Position numbers and translations under genes: made by a program. Below the pieces are notes generated by a model. That model did not search any database and had not been told where the DNA came from. It was given only the letters and a program-made list of their open reading frames with translations. This document shows, one piece after another, positions 43,224 through 51,590 of a stretch of 58,410 bases of DNA. The DNA is from a virus. The stretch spans positions 1 to 58,410 of the IMG/VR virus record IMGVR_UViG_3300045988_065473, one strand, 5' to 3'. Within the stretch, counting starts at the first letter, position 1, and every line of letters starts with the position of its first letter.

Positions 43224-43562
43224 ATGAAGGCAAAAAGAACCATGCGGGATATTAAATCCCAGTATCCGACCATTATCCAAGTGAGCTATTGCGATGCGCA
43301 AAACATGCTGTGCATGGACGACCCTGCCGCCTATACCGCTGGCGTGTATGGATGGAACGCGGATATTTACCCGATCACCTCAGGCGTTGCAATCTGCACC
43401 GGGTACCGGCCTTTCGGTAACATCAAGCCCGATCGGGAGACGGTCAGCCATTACGAAAAGCGGGCGCGGGAGATGCGCCGAGACTTGTGGAACGCTGAGG
43501 AGCTGGCGGCGCACCTGCACAGCTTGCAAAAGGAATTTGTTCGGGAGGTGTGCAAAGTATGA
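43224..43562 (+). CDS. Hypothetical protein
   Basis: 112-aa ORF. AGGAGGACAAAACC RBS. Confidence 0.65.
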   Translation: MKAKRTMRDIKSQYPTIIQVSYCDAQNMLCMDDPAAYTAGVYGWNADIYPITSGVAICTGYRPFGNIKPDRETVSHYEKRAREMRRDLWNAEELAAHLHSLQKEFVREVCKV

Positions 43563-43654
43563 TTACTCTTGACTTTACCCAGTGGGCCGACCTCTGGTAT
43601 GTGGGCGGCATGGTATCCGGTGCGTTGGTAATGCTGGCGTATCTCAACAGCTAA
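43559..43654 (+). CDS. 31-aa membrane peptide
   Basis: Hand-translated as MITLDFTQWADLWYVGGMVSGALVMLAYLNS. ATGA overlap and a GGAGGTG RBS. Confidence 0.4.
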   Translation: MITLDFTQWADLWYVGGMVSGALVMLAYLNS

Positions 43655-43670
43655 TAAGGAGAGCTAAAAA

Positions 43671-43934
43671 ATGACAGACTTAGAGCAAAAATGCAACGAA
43701 TACCGCGAATATAAGCGGCTGGCAGAGCAGGCGGAGCAGATGCGGGACAGCCTGCGGGATGAAATTATTGCCATGATGCAGGGAGCGCCGGAGGTTATGG
43801 CGGGAGCTTGCAAGGTGATGTATAAGGACGTGCAGAGCGTCCGACTTGATAGCAAGCTTTTACAGGCAGCGCACCCGGATATTTACGCCGAGTGTAGCAA
43901 GCGCACCACATACAAGCGTTTTAGCGTGGTTTAA
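43671..43934 (+). CDS. Hypothetical protein
   Basis: 87-aa ORF with an AAGGAGAG RBS. Confidence 0.6.
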   Translation: MTDLEQKCNEYREYKRLAEQAEQMRDSLRDEIIAMMQGAPEVMAGACKVMYKDVQSVRLDSKLLQAAHPDIYAECSKRTTYKRFSVV

Positions 43935-43948
43935 GGGAGGGTTTAACA

Positions 43949-44215
43949 ATGATTTATCCCGATAAAGTATATATCCCTGTTGTGCGTGGGTGCAGCGTGT
44001 GGAGCGTCTCAGAGATCGACACGGCAAAAGCCAAAAAGACACCCGGCTATATCGCACCCGGTTATATCCAATATAACGGCGGTTTATACAGCGCTGGCAA
44101 CGTCTTTTTGTCCGCCGCTGATGCGTGGGACTGGATCCACCTTTTCCGTGGCTATCGCGGCAAAGTGTACACCGCCGCCGAGATCGGTAGCATCCGGGAG
44201 GTGAGCACAAAATGA
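43949..44215 (+). CDS. Hypothetical protein
   Basis: 88-aa ORF with an AAGGGAGGG RBS. Confidence 0.6.
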   Translation: MIYPDKVYIPVVRGCSVWSVSEIDTAKAKKTPGYIAPGYIQYNGGLYSAGNVFLSAADAWDWIHLFRGYRGKVYTAAEIGSIREVSTK

Positions 44216-44290
44216 TATTATCCTGCATCCTGTTTTTCTTGTGGTTTTTCTCGGCGCTGTTTAAGGCGTCTAAGTAAGGAGGCTTATATT

Positions 44291-44452
44291 ATGACTAGCA
44301 GCAATAAGGGCTTTGATATTATGACCGGGTTGTATACCACTCGATACTATGCACGCAAGGCCTGCCCCGGTGATTGCGTTGTTGTCAAGGTCTGCGGAGG
44401 CTATACAGTCATGGCCGCAGCAGATTATAACATTTGGCGCAATCAGCACTGA
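44291..44452 (+). CDS. Hypothetical 53-aa protein
   Basis: Hand-translated as MTSSNKGFDIMTGLYTTRYYARKACPGDCVVVKVCGGYTVMAAADYNIWRNQH. TAAGGAGG RBS. Confidence 0.55.
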   Translation: MTSSNKGFDIMTGLYTTRYYARKACPGDCVVVKVCGGYTVMAAADYNIWRNQH

Positions 44453-44467
44453 CACAATATTAGATTA

Positions 44468-44499
44468 AGCCCCGCCCACGCTGGCGGGGCTTTTCTTTT
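44468..44499 (+). terminator. Rho-independent terminator
   Basis: AGCCCCGCC-cacgct-GGCGGGGCT followed by TTTTCTTTT. Confidence 0.85.
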
Positions 44500-45056
44500 G
44501 CCTTGCACCTGCTGAGGGCGCAGGGCTTTTATTTTTGCCCTGCGGCAATACAGCCACATACAAGCGTTTACAGCGCGTTTTGTTCCGTTAATGCAGTTAT
44601 ACCACCAAAGCCGCAAAACGGCGCACAGGGCTTTACAGGCGCTTTTCCTGCAATTTGTACCGCTCAGCCGCCGCAGATACCAGACCGACACAAGTAGCTA
44701 TAATACCGTCTGCGACACGTTGGGGCGTATCACAGCGCCGCATTGCCTCCAGCGCATAACCAGAGATACCAGCGCCACGCCGGGACGCTGTACAGGTCAG
44801 CACAGCCGCCCTATTATAATAAGGTATATAAGGGTGCAGCGGCGCGCCCCTGTTATGGATCCATGCCAGCCCGGCGGGGTCTCGATGTTTCCCACGTCCA
44901 GCGGCTTACAATCTAGCACGGGTCAGCGGTCAGCCCAGCACCCTCCACCCGGCGAGGCAGTCCAGCAGCAGGGGCGCGGCGGGCGGCGCGGAACCATTGA
45001 CGGCTGCCGCCGTATCTCTTTTCGGGCTTTCGCCCGATAGCTAATAGAGGTCAGCA

Positions 45057-46093
45057 ATAGTCGTAGCGTTCCGGTTGGAATAGTCGTAGCCAATAGTCGT
45101 AGTTTCTCCGTTAAAATAGTCGTGGAATAGTCGTAAAGTCGTCAGACGACTATCTTTTGAAAGTCCTATATATCGTATATTAACGAATGGTTCGCCGATA
45201 GTCGCAGAGTGATAGTCGTAGCATTTTCTTGCGAACCATTGTCAAATAGTCGTGTATTTTTTGTGTAAAATAGTTGTTCGCCTTTTAGAGAAAGAGAGGA
45301 GCGATAGTCGCTAAGCCATCCAACCACTCCAAAAATCACCTCTCGTTTCAATTTCGTATAATTTATTCTTCCGCTAGTTATACCTATTTCGTATAATAAC
45401 CGTACTTATTATAGTATACAGATATAGTTACTCACGATAATCACTGATTATTTCGTATAATAACTCGTACCATCCGATTCGGTCTGTTCCTGCTCGATTT
45501 AATTCCCAGTAATATACTATGGTATCACAATCAATCCATAGCATTCTACTAGGAATAATCAATGCAACATTTCTACATATTCAACCGACTACAAAATGAA
45601 GCCAATTCTCCATGTGAAATAGTCGTAGACTATCCAACAGTCCGAACCTCACGCCAACTCTCGCCTGCGGTCTGCTCTGCTGGCTAACGGTGTAGTTCTG
45701 GAGATAGAGGGTTGTAGGGGGAAAGAACCTTTGCAAAGCATTTGGTTGTCATTTTTAGTTGTTGCAGTTGTCGCACCATTTTGGCGTGGGGGCCTCAAAC
45801 AATTTATTTGTTTGAGGGGGGAGTTAGGGGGATTATAGGGGGTAATAGGGGTTGTAGGGGAAAGAGGGGGAAGAAAGGGGGGAAGATTTGTATTCCATGA
45901 TACCAACGCATACCATTCGTATCAACTGGTACGATTCGTATCGCTTGGTATGCAATAATCGCATCCATTTCGTCTCATGCACTCTGCTTTCGTCTAATTC
46001 TCCCGTCGATCGAGGCGGATTCTACTCAAAATCAGACCTTGCCGTTTTCTCTCGATAAATAACAGAAGAAAAAAGCATGGAATAGTCGCAGAG
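45057..46093. repeat. Second origin-like region: at least 13 copies of ATAGTCG(T/C), 3x ATTTCGTATAAT, and TTCGT(A/C)T repeats
   Basis: ATAGTCGT at 45057, 45080, 45093, 45116, 45127, 45212, 45246 and 45619. Variants at 45198, 45270, 45304 and 46082. Inverted copy at 45146. ATTTCGTATAAT at 45351, 45386 and 45450. Confidence 0.8.
45816..45882 (+). repeat. Seven G4-G6 tracts at 10-11-bp spacing ((T)AGGGGG repeats)
   Basis: G runs at 45816, 45827, 45838, 45848, 45857, 45866 and 45877. A 10-bp-stem hairpin at 45792-45816 precedes the array. Confidence 0.8.
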
Positions 46094-46162
46094 GGTAGTT
46101 TTACTACCTGACACCATTCCATGCTTTCTGATACGTTTGTTGATTGGAGATTTTAGCGGAGA

Positions 46163-46444
46163 TTAGATTCTACCATCTGCTTGCATCTTGCGCATACGCT
46201 CCGCAGCCGCTTCTTTCTGTTCGTCCGTCATAATTCTTGTGGTAGCAAACCGCACAAGTCGCTTGGGCATCTCATACCACTTGCCGTCCTTGTCCTGCTT
46301 GACCAGCTTGTACGATGCAGGCTCACGTTCGCACAGCTTGTCAAGCTTGCGCATATACACCGGGTCAGCGGTATAAACCGATGCAGTATCTTCCGCTGCA
46401 TTGAAGTTGACGATGGTCTCTTGTTCCAGTCGAGTGATGTTCAT
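46163..46444 (-). CDS. Hypothetical protein (93 aa)
   Basis: GGAGGAAAA RBS before the internal ATG at 46444. Confidence 0.6.
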   Translation of the reverse strand: MNITRLEQETIVNFNAAEDTASVYTADPVYMRKLDKLCEREPASYKLVKQDKDGKWYEMPKRLVRFATTRIMTDEQKEAAAERMRKMQADGRI

Positions 46445-46579
46445 AATCGTTTTCCTCCGTTTGTTGATTGACGAAAAATATTTATGTGATTCAGACGGTA
46501 ACTTTATCGCCCAGACCATGTTATCTGTTTTTCTTGCCCATTCTACTGTGACGATACGAGCGCAGAAGCAATTATAGGC

Positions 46580-46789
46580 TTATATCAGCCATCCAGCATA
46601 GTTAAAATAGCTACAATATTCTACCCTTTCGAGTTTTTGAGCTGTTACAGCATGCTTTTTATTCTCGTCTCGTCGATACAAATTGTGAAACAAGCAGTAG
46701 TCCCCTTGACGGTTCAGGCAAGCATCACACAGACCGTATCTTCCCTTTCCTGCGTGCACGTTGTCTATGAACTTCTCCAGTGTGTCCAT
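46580..46789 (-). CDS. Cys-containing hypothetical protein
   Basis: 69-aa ORF downstream of dnaB. Confidence 0.55.
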   Translation of the reverse strand: MDTLEKFIDNVHAGKGRYGLCDACLNRQGDYCLFHNLYRRDENKKHAVTAQKLERVEYCSYFNYAGWLI

Positions 46790-46804
46790 ATCGTTCTCCT
46801 CTCG

Positions 46805-48028
46805 TTACATCCACACGCATTCTTTGAATTGCTGCGTTTCCATCTGGAACGTGATGTCCAGTAACCCTACGTTGCCCTCTTTGTTCTTCTCAAGCGCAAA
46901 ATGATAATGCTGTTCTGGTCTCTTTTTCGTGGTCACGTTCTGCGCCAGCAGGATGATTGCGTCTGCGTCCTGCTCGATCTGCCCGGATTCTCGCAAGTCT
47001 GCGGCGGTTGGCGGAATACCTGCTCTTGCGGTCTCTCGATTGAGCTGTGCAAGTGCTACCACCAGCGTTCCCGTGGACTGTGCGAACTCATGCAGCGCCA
47101 TGCTGATCTCCGTGACGGCACTGTATCGGTCTTTCGCTCCGGCTTGATGGATAAGCTGCAAATAGTCGATGAACACTACTTTTGCTTGCATCCTGATGGA
47201 CTGCGTTCTAATCCACCCAACGCTTTTGCCAGCGGCAGAGCGGACGAACAGCGGATATTTCTTGATGGCTGCTAGCCTATCAAGTTCGTCAATGCTGACA
47301 GTCTTGTTTTTGACCGTGTGAAGCGGTACGCCTAGCTGGTTTGCGATGATACGAGCGTAGAGCGTGTCCGGGTCAGTCTCTAAGCTGAAATATGCCACCT
47401 TACGTCCGTTCTTGGCTATTTCACAGGCAAGTTGCAGAGACAGAGCAGTCTTGCCAGCAGACGGTCTGCCGCCGATCACAACGAAGTTGCCCGGCACAAG
47501 ATGCAAGTTGTTGTCCAACACTTTAAGCCCTGTGCTAATATATTCCGGCTTATCGTCTAGCTTGCGGATGTAGTTGTCTATACCATCGCACATCGGGATG
47601 AAATCGCTTCTTTCGTTGTGTAGGTTGATAGCTTCGCCTAGCTGCTCATAGATGTCTGTCAGGTCTGCGTATCTGGTTGAGCCATCAACGATTTTGAACG
47701 CAATCTCTCTGGCTCTTGACAATGCTGCCTGTTCCTTGACGATTCCAGCCCATCCAAGCATCATGTCATGGGTGACGTTGCGGATGAACTCTGCACCGAA
47801 GGCATCCAGGCACTCACCCATTGCTTTCTTGCAGTTATCGTACCGCCCCATGACTTCTACCGGGTTCCACTTGTCGTTGTGTTCCCAATAGCCACGAATG
47901 GCAGCGAATGTATCACGCAGTTCAGGGCAGAAATAGTCGATTTTAAGGTCTTGCAGCACATCGGCATACTCCGAAAACGTGAGGACTGCTCCCAGCAGGA
48001 TGTATTGGGTCTGATTTTCAATATTCAC
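46805..48028 (-). CDS. dnaB: DnaB-family replicative DNA helicase
   Basis: Walker A GGRPSAGKTALSL, ...IDYLQLI... and an N-terminal DnaB-like domain. Confidence 0.9.
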   Translation of the reverse strand: MNIENQTQYILLGAVLTFSEYADVLQDLKIDYFCPELRDTFAAIRGYWEHNDKWNPVEVMGRYDNCKKAMGECLDAFGAEFIRNVTHDMMLGWAGIVKEQAALSRAREIAFKIVDGSTRYADLTDIYEQLGEAINLHNERSDFIPMCDGIDNYIRKLDDKPEYISTGLKVLDNNLHLVPGNFVVIGGRPSAGKTALSLQLACEIAKNGRKVAYFSLETDPDTLYARIIANQLGVPLHTVKNKTVSIDELDRLAAIKKYPLFVRSAAGKSVGWIRTQSIRMQAKVVFIDYLQLIHQAGAKDRYSAVTEISMALHEFAQSTGTLVVALAQLNRETARAGIPPTAADLRESGQIEQDADAIILLAQNVTTKKRPEQHYHFALEKNKEGNVGLLDITFQMETQQFKECVWM

Positions 48029-48693
48029 CGCAGAAAGTCTCCCTCGTCAGGCAATTCAACCATTGTCTGCTGGTAGCCACCGTTCCAGTCCTTCACGTTA
48101 CGCATCCAGTTCCGTGCAGCAGCTTTCCAGTCCTTCATAGGCGATTTTCCGACCTTCCAGCCATTTGCCGTGAAGTGGTCAACAAATCGCTCTGCTTCAA
48201 ATTCCATGTAACCCTTCTCTGCAAAGTATTCTCTTGCTTGCTCGACAGTCGGTGCTTTGAAGCGTTTTACTTCGTTGGTATTTTTCTTTTCACATTTTTC
48301 TTTTTTTTCAGAATCAGATACAGAATCAGATACAGATAAGGCATCGTTTGCATTCATTTGCATATTTTGCATGCCAACGTATGCGTTTGCATCATTGGTA
48401 TGCGTTTGTATGCACTTGCATTTTTCATCGTTCCAACGCTTATTTGCACTGCGCCTGTTTTTCTCGATTCGCTCTTGTCTTTTCTGTGCATTCATATCAT
48501 CAAACGCCTTAACGACTTTCCAGATCATCCGCATAGCACGGTCGTTGTCGTATGCTGGCTCAAGTCCAGTCTCAACGTACTGCGCATAGTTGCGGACGAA
48601 TGCTCCGAATTCCTCATCTGTCAGTTCATCCATCGCATGAACGTGTTCCAACAGAAGAATCATTGATGTTCTCGGTTTGTGTTCCTGCTCCAT
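48025..48693 (-). CDS. Replisome organiser / helicase-loader-like protein
   Basis: C-terminal ...FVDHFTANGWKVGKSPMKDWKAAARNW is the conserved phage C-terminal motif. Coupled to dnaB (4-nt overlap). Confidence 0.6.
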   Translation of the reverse strand: MEQEHKPRTSMILLLEHVHAMDELTDEEFGAFVRNYAQYVETGLEPAYDNDRAMRMIWKVVKAFDDMNAQKRQERIEKNRRSANKRWNDEKCKCIQTHTNDANAYVGMQNMQMNANDALSVSDSVSDSEKKEKCEKKNTNEVKRFKAPTVEQAREYFAEKGYMEFEAERFVDHFTANGWKVGKSPMKDWKAAARNWMRNVKDWNGGYQQTMVELPDEGDFLR

Positions 48694-48695
48694 TT

Positions 48696-49136
48696 TCAGT
48701 CCTCTTTGTAGCGTTTGTTCCACGCTTCGATAGCGTCTTTGCGTCCATCGTGGATAATTTCTATCTCCCCACTATCGTTCATTTTGAACTCGATTTGATA
48801 GCATCTATCAGGAATTGTGGCTTTGCATTTAGAGCATCGGATATTAAATTCATACCCTCGCAGAAGGTTGCATGAAGATGCGGTATTAACGGAAAATACA
48901 GCTTTTCCACCGCAAAACGGGCATCTCTTAAGTTCTTCCATCTTTAATCCTCCATTAAACAAGCACTCAGCGTCAGGTTCACGCAGCCAACCTTCGCCCG
49001 GAATGTTGACTATCTCATAATACTGCCGCGCAACGTAGATTGTTTTCTGCCCATCCTCAGCGATCAGACCGACAATCAGATAGTTGCCAGCAGCCATAAA
49101 GAACCAAGGGTTGCTCTTGTAGGTCTCGCCCTTCAT
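48696..49136 (-). CDS. Lar-family restriction-alleviation-like protein with an extra N-terminal domain
   Basis: CPFCGGKAVF...IRCSKCKATIP...DAIEAWNKR matches the Lar pattern. Confidence 0.6.
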   Translation of the reverse strand: MKGETYKSNPWFFMAAGNYLIVGLIAEDGQKTIYVARQYYEIVNIPGEGWLREPDAECLFNGGLKMEELKRCPFCGGKAVFSVNTASSCNLLRGYEFNIRCSKCKATIPDRCYQIEFKMNDSGEIEIIHDGRKDAIEAWNKRYKED

Positions 49137-49235
49137 TCAGTTCTTCATTTTGTTCACGGCTTTTTCAATGTCCTTGTCTGGGCAGTCCGGGTTGTCGAAC
49201 GCAAAGAAATCTTCAGGAAATTTAAGCTTTTTCAT
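49137..49235 (-). CDS. Hypothetical 32-aa peptide
   Basis: Hand-translated as MKKLKFPEDFFAFDNPDCPDKDIEKAVNKMKN. ATGA coupling. Confidence 0.35.
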   Translation of the reverse strand: MKKLKFPEDFFAFDNPDCPDKDIEKAVNKMKN

Positions 49236-49408
49236 TTTCTAAATCCCTCTCTTGTTCTCGTGATTCGCTTATGAGCCTTTACAGGCCTTTCGCCTTTGCC
49301 GTATGCCGGGCGAATATGCCTTGCCTTGATGTACCCACAAGGCGGCTTCGGCCCAAAGTCGAAAAGGCTCAAGTCCATAATGATGATGCCAAACTTCTTG
49401 TTCGTCAT
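49232..49408 (-). CDS. Hypothetical 58-aa basic protein
   Basis: Hand-translated as MTNKKFGIIIMDLSLFDFGPKPPCGYIKARH... AAGGAG RBS. Confidence 0.45.
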   Translation of the reverse strand: MTNKKFGIIIMDLSLFDFGPKPPCGYIKARHIRPAYGKGERPVKAHKRITRTREGFRK

Positions 49409-49420
49409 ATTTACTGCTCC

Positions 49421-49618
49421 TTACGCATACCATTTCGGTGCTTCGCCAAAGATTTCCACGCCTTTTGCAAAGCCCAGCTTTTCTAAGGTTTCACACATGA
49501 TGCCGTCCATCATGCTGTGAACGATTTCTTCATCATCACCGTACTTTTTGTATGCTTCCTGCATTTCTGCCGTGAATGCGTCAACCATATCTTGCGTAAC
49601 AACGATATTGTTTTCCAT
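49421..49618 (-). CDS. Hypothetical protein (65 aa)
   Basis: TAGGAGGG RBS before the ATG at 49618. Confidence 0.55.
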   Translation of the reverse strand: MENNIVVTQDMVDAFTAEMQEAYKKYGDDEEIVHSMMDGIMCETLEKLGFAKGVEIFGEAPKWYA

Positions 49619-49626
49619 AAGCCCTC

Positions 49627-49860
49627 CTATACCATCGGAAACGCCATCCAATGGGTCACTGTCACATCTTTCGGCAATCTCTCGCCTATCTCATCCCAGA
49701 ACTAACCGTTTGCGTAACAGCCAAGAAAGTACGCTGTCGGCGAGATTCCTTGCAACATTTTTCCATCTTTATCACGCCACGTTGTCTTAGTCGCAAGCAA
49801 CAAAGGTTGCGTCCGCTCTCGTGGCGGTTCGCTTGCCGGATGCCAGAGTGTGTTAGCCAT
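49627..49860 (-). pseudogene. DUF551-like gene interrupted by an in-frame TAG
   Basis: MANTLWHPASEPP...FLGCYANG-TAG(49702-49704)-FWDEIGERLPKDVTVTHWMAFPMV. The DUF551 signature lies after the stop. Confidence 0.55.
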
Positions 49861-50008
49861 TGTCTTTCACCTCGATTGTTGGCGCAGTGTCGATGTAATC
49901 AAGCACATCGTCTAACGACAAGCCACCTATTGTTCCATCGTTATACTCCTGAATCCACGCCTCGATGTTTTGACGTAGTTCATTAGCATCAATCGGTCTG
50001 GCTTTCAT
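49853..50008 (-). CDS. Hypothetical 51-aa protein
   Basis: Hand-translated as MKARPIDANELRQNIEAWIQEYNDG... AAGGGAGAA RBS. Confidence 0.45.
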   Translation of the reverse strand: MKARPIDANELRQNIEAWIQEYNDGTIGGLSLDDVLDYIDTAPTIEVKDNG

Positions 50009-50035
50009 TGCACGTTCTCCCTTCAAATCGTGTTA

Positions 50036-50257
50036 TCAACACTTATAACCGTAAACGCTAAAGATGATTGCAAACCCAACGAGAAAGAAAAGAACATTGA
50101 CTGCTACAATCGCAATGGCTTTCAAGATTACGTTGTCTATGTATTTGTCCAAAGTGCTAAAAAATATATATTTTTCGAGCAAATAAATCGGGAAAACGAA
50201 CACAAAACCAATCATTGTCGTCAAAACAAAACCGAGTACAATTTCAAACAAAGACAT
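50036..50257 (-). CDS. Small membrane protein
   Basis: Two or three TM segments. GGGAGAAAG RBS. Confidence 0.55.
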   Translation of the reverse strand: MSLFEIVLGFVLTTMIGFVFVFPIYLLEKYIFFSTLDKYIDNVILKAIAIVAVNVLFFLVGFAIIFSVYGYKC

Positions 50258-50271
50258 TTTTCTTTCTCCCT

Positions 50272-50637
50272 TCAATCTCCATCCCACACACCGTCAGGAC
50301 GCATTTTTGCAAACGCCAGCAGACCGTACAAGGCACGTTTGGCGTTGCCCTCTGTGGCGTTCCAGTAGTCGCTATCGTCCACATCGTCACCTAGTGCAGA
50401 AATAGCCTTTTCAAGCATCTGGATGCTTTCTGCGCCTGTTTTGCCATAGATGGAGCGGATGCCGCCCTCGCCAAACACTTCAGGTCGATAATAGAATTGA
50501 CCGTAATTATATGTGACGTTGAGCCACAATTCTTTTGTACCGCCCATAGCGCGCATACCACCTGCGATAAAATGTGCGCTATCCGCTTTGAGCGGTTCGT
50601 GCGTTACGGGGTCGCACAGTGAAATATCATAGCTCAT
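50272..50637 (-). CDS. Hypothetical protein
   Basis: GGGAGAAG RBS before the ATG at 50637. Confidence 0.55.
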   Translation of the reverse strand: MSYDISLCDPVTHEPLKADSAHFIAGGMRAMGGTKELWLNVTYNYGQFYYRPEVFGEGGIRSIYGKTGAESIQMLEKAISALGDDVDDSDYWNATEGNAKRALYGLLAFAKMRPDGVWDGD

Positions 50638-50860
50638 CTTTCTTCTCCCATTCTTTGCATCCACGTTCGTCCCACACAAAGTCTACAACGTGTTCTGACT
50701 GGTTGTTCACGCATACGCCCTCCGGCTCTGCGTACCATTTGCAAGAGCCACAGGAAGGCTCCGTCCTGTCTTTGCAGTCATGCGCTGTACACCTGACAAC
50801 GCCTTTATGAAAAAGCATCCCTGACATAAAGCAATGTTCGGCGGTGCAATAGAAGTTCAT
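50627..50860 (-). CDS. Cys-rich hypothetical protein
   Basis: Multiple Cys/His residues. ATGA coupling. Confidence 0.5.
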   Translation of the reverse strand: MNFYCTAEHCFMSGMLFHKGVVRCTAHDCKDRTEPSCGSCKWYAEPEGVCVNNQSEHVVDFVWDERGCKEWEKKDEL

Positions 50861-51090
50861 TCCTCTATCTCCTTCCATCCGATAAACTCACACAATCCAA
50901 CGGTGTTATTGGAGCAACGATGGATGAGGACTTTATCGCTTATTTTGAACTTTGCGATAAACCCAATCTTGCTTTCTTCCATTTCGTTTTCAAACATCCA
51001 ATCAACAATGTCTTTGTCGATTCTGACATCGCCTTCGTCCGTCATGGTTGCAAAGCACTGTTTGCATCTGTAAAGAGCGCACTTTTTCAT
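50857..51090 (-). CDS. Zinc-ribbon-like hypothetical protein
   Basis: CKQC...C motifs. ATGA coupling. Confidence 0.5.
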   Translation of the reverse strand: MKKCALYRCKQCFATMTDEGDVRIDKDIVDWMFENEMEESKIGFIAKFKISDKVLIHRCSNNTVGLCEFIGWKEIEE

Positions 51091-51290
51091 CTTCTTTGCC
51101 CTCTCTTTCCCCTGTTGAACCGTCCGATCAATCGCTTATATTCTGCATAGCACTCCGGGCAAAGGTCGCCTGTGTCCCTGCGCCATGCCCAGTCCTTGAA
51201 GTATTCGTCAGGGTTCATCATCCTGCCGCCCAGAACCGCTCCGCAGCGGTCGCATACTCGCTTGTGGTAGATTCCTCTGTCAGTCTGCAT
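51087..51290 (-). CDS. Zinc-ribbon protein
   Basis: CDRCG...CPECY. GGGGAGGA RBS. Confidence 0.55.
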   Translation of the reverse strand: MQTDRGIYHKRVCDRCGAVLGGRMMNPDEYFKDWAWRRDTGDLCPECYAEYKRLIGRFNRGKRGQRR

Positions 51291-51589
51291 TAGTCGTCCT
51301 CCCCATCCAACCTGTTTACGCAATTTTCCTTCTGACATTCATTGCAATTTCCGCAACACTCAAAAGAAAAATGCGTGATTTTTTGTGATTTATATTGACG
51401 GAGTAAATACTTATATTGGTTGTAGCAGTAAGGACAAACAAGCATTCCGTCAACATTTCCCCATCCGGCTGCTTCTTCAAATTTTTCCCAGTGACTAAAT
51501 CCGCCGTCCATATCGCCAGTTTTCAAAAGTTTTACGAAATGCGTCATTCCGCATCTGTCACATTTGCAAAGTTGTCCGTTTGTTCTCAT
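51290..51589 (-). CDS. Zinc-ribbon protein (related to 51087..51290)
   Basis: CDRCG...CPYCY...CGNCNEC. Confidence 0.55.
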   Translation of the reverse strand: MRTNGQLCKCDRCGMTHFVKLLKTGDMDGGFSHWEKFEEAAGWGNVDGMLVCPYCYNQYKYLLRQYKSQKITHFSFECCGNCNECQKENCVNRLDGEDD

Positions 51590-51590
51590 T

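Noticed and set aside
42605-43273. 222-aa minus-strand ORF and 130-aa plus-strand ORF covering the GC-rich segment.
   Set aside because: The sequence is low-complexity and Arg/Pro/Ala/Cys-rich, with no start context. They span the promoter and operators of the 43224 operon and the start of the 41916..42626 gene.
44591-45040. 149-aa plus-strand ORF and a 56-aa GTG-initiated minus-strand ORF in the GC-rich block.
   Set aside because: No RBS, an Arg/Pro/Gly-rich low-complexity sequence and no recognisable motifs. The block is treated as non-coding pending a BLASTX check.
45649-45906. 85-aa Pro-rich minus-strand ORF.
   Set aside because: It is simply the translation of the complementary C-tracts of the phased G-run array. 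It has no RBS and lies inside an iteron field.
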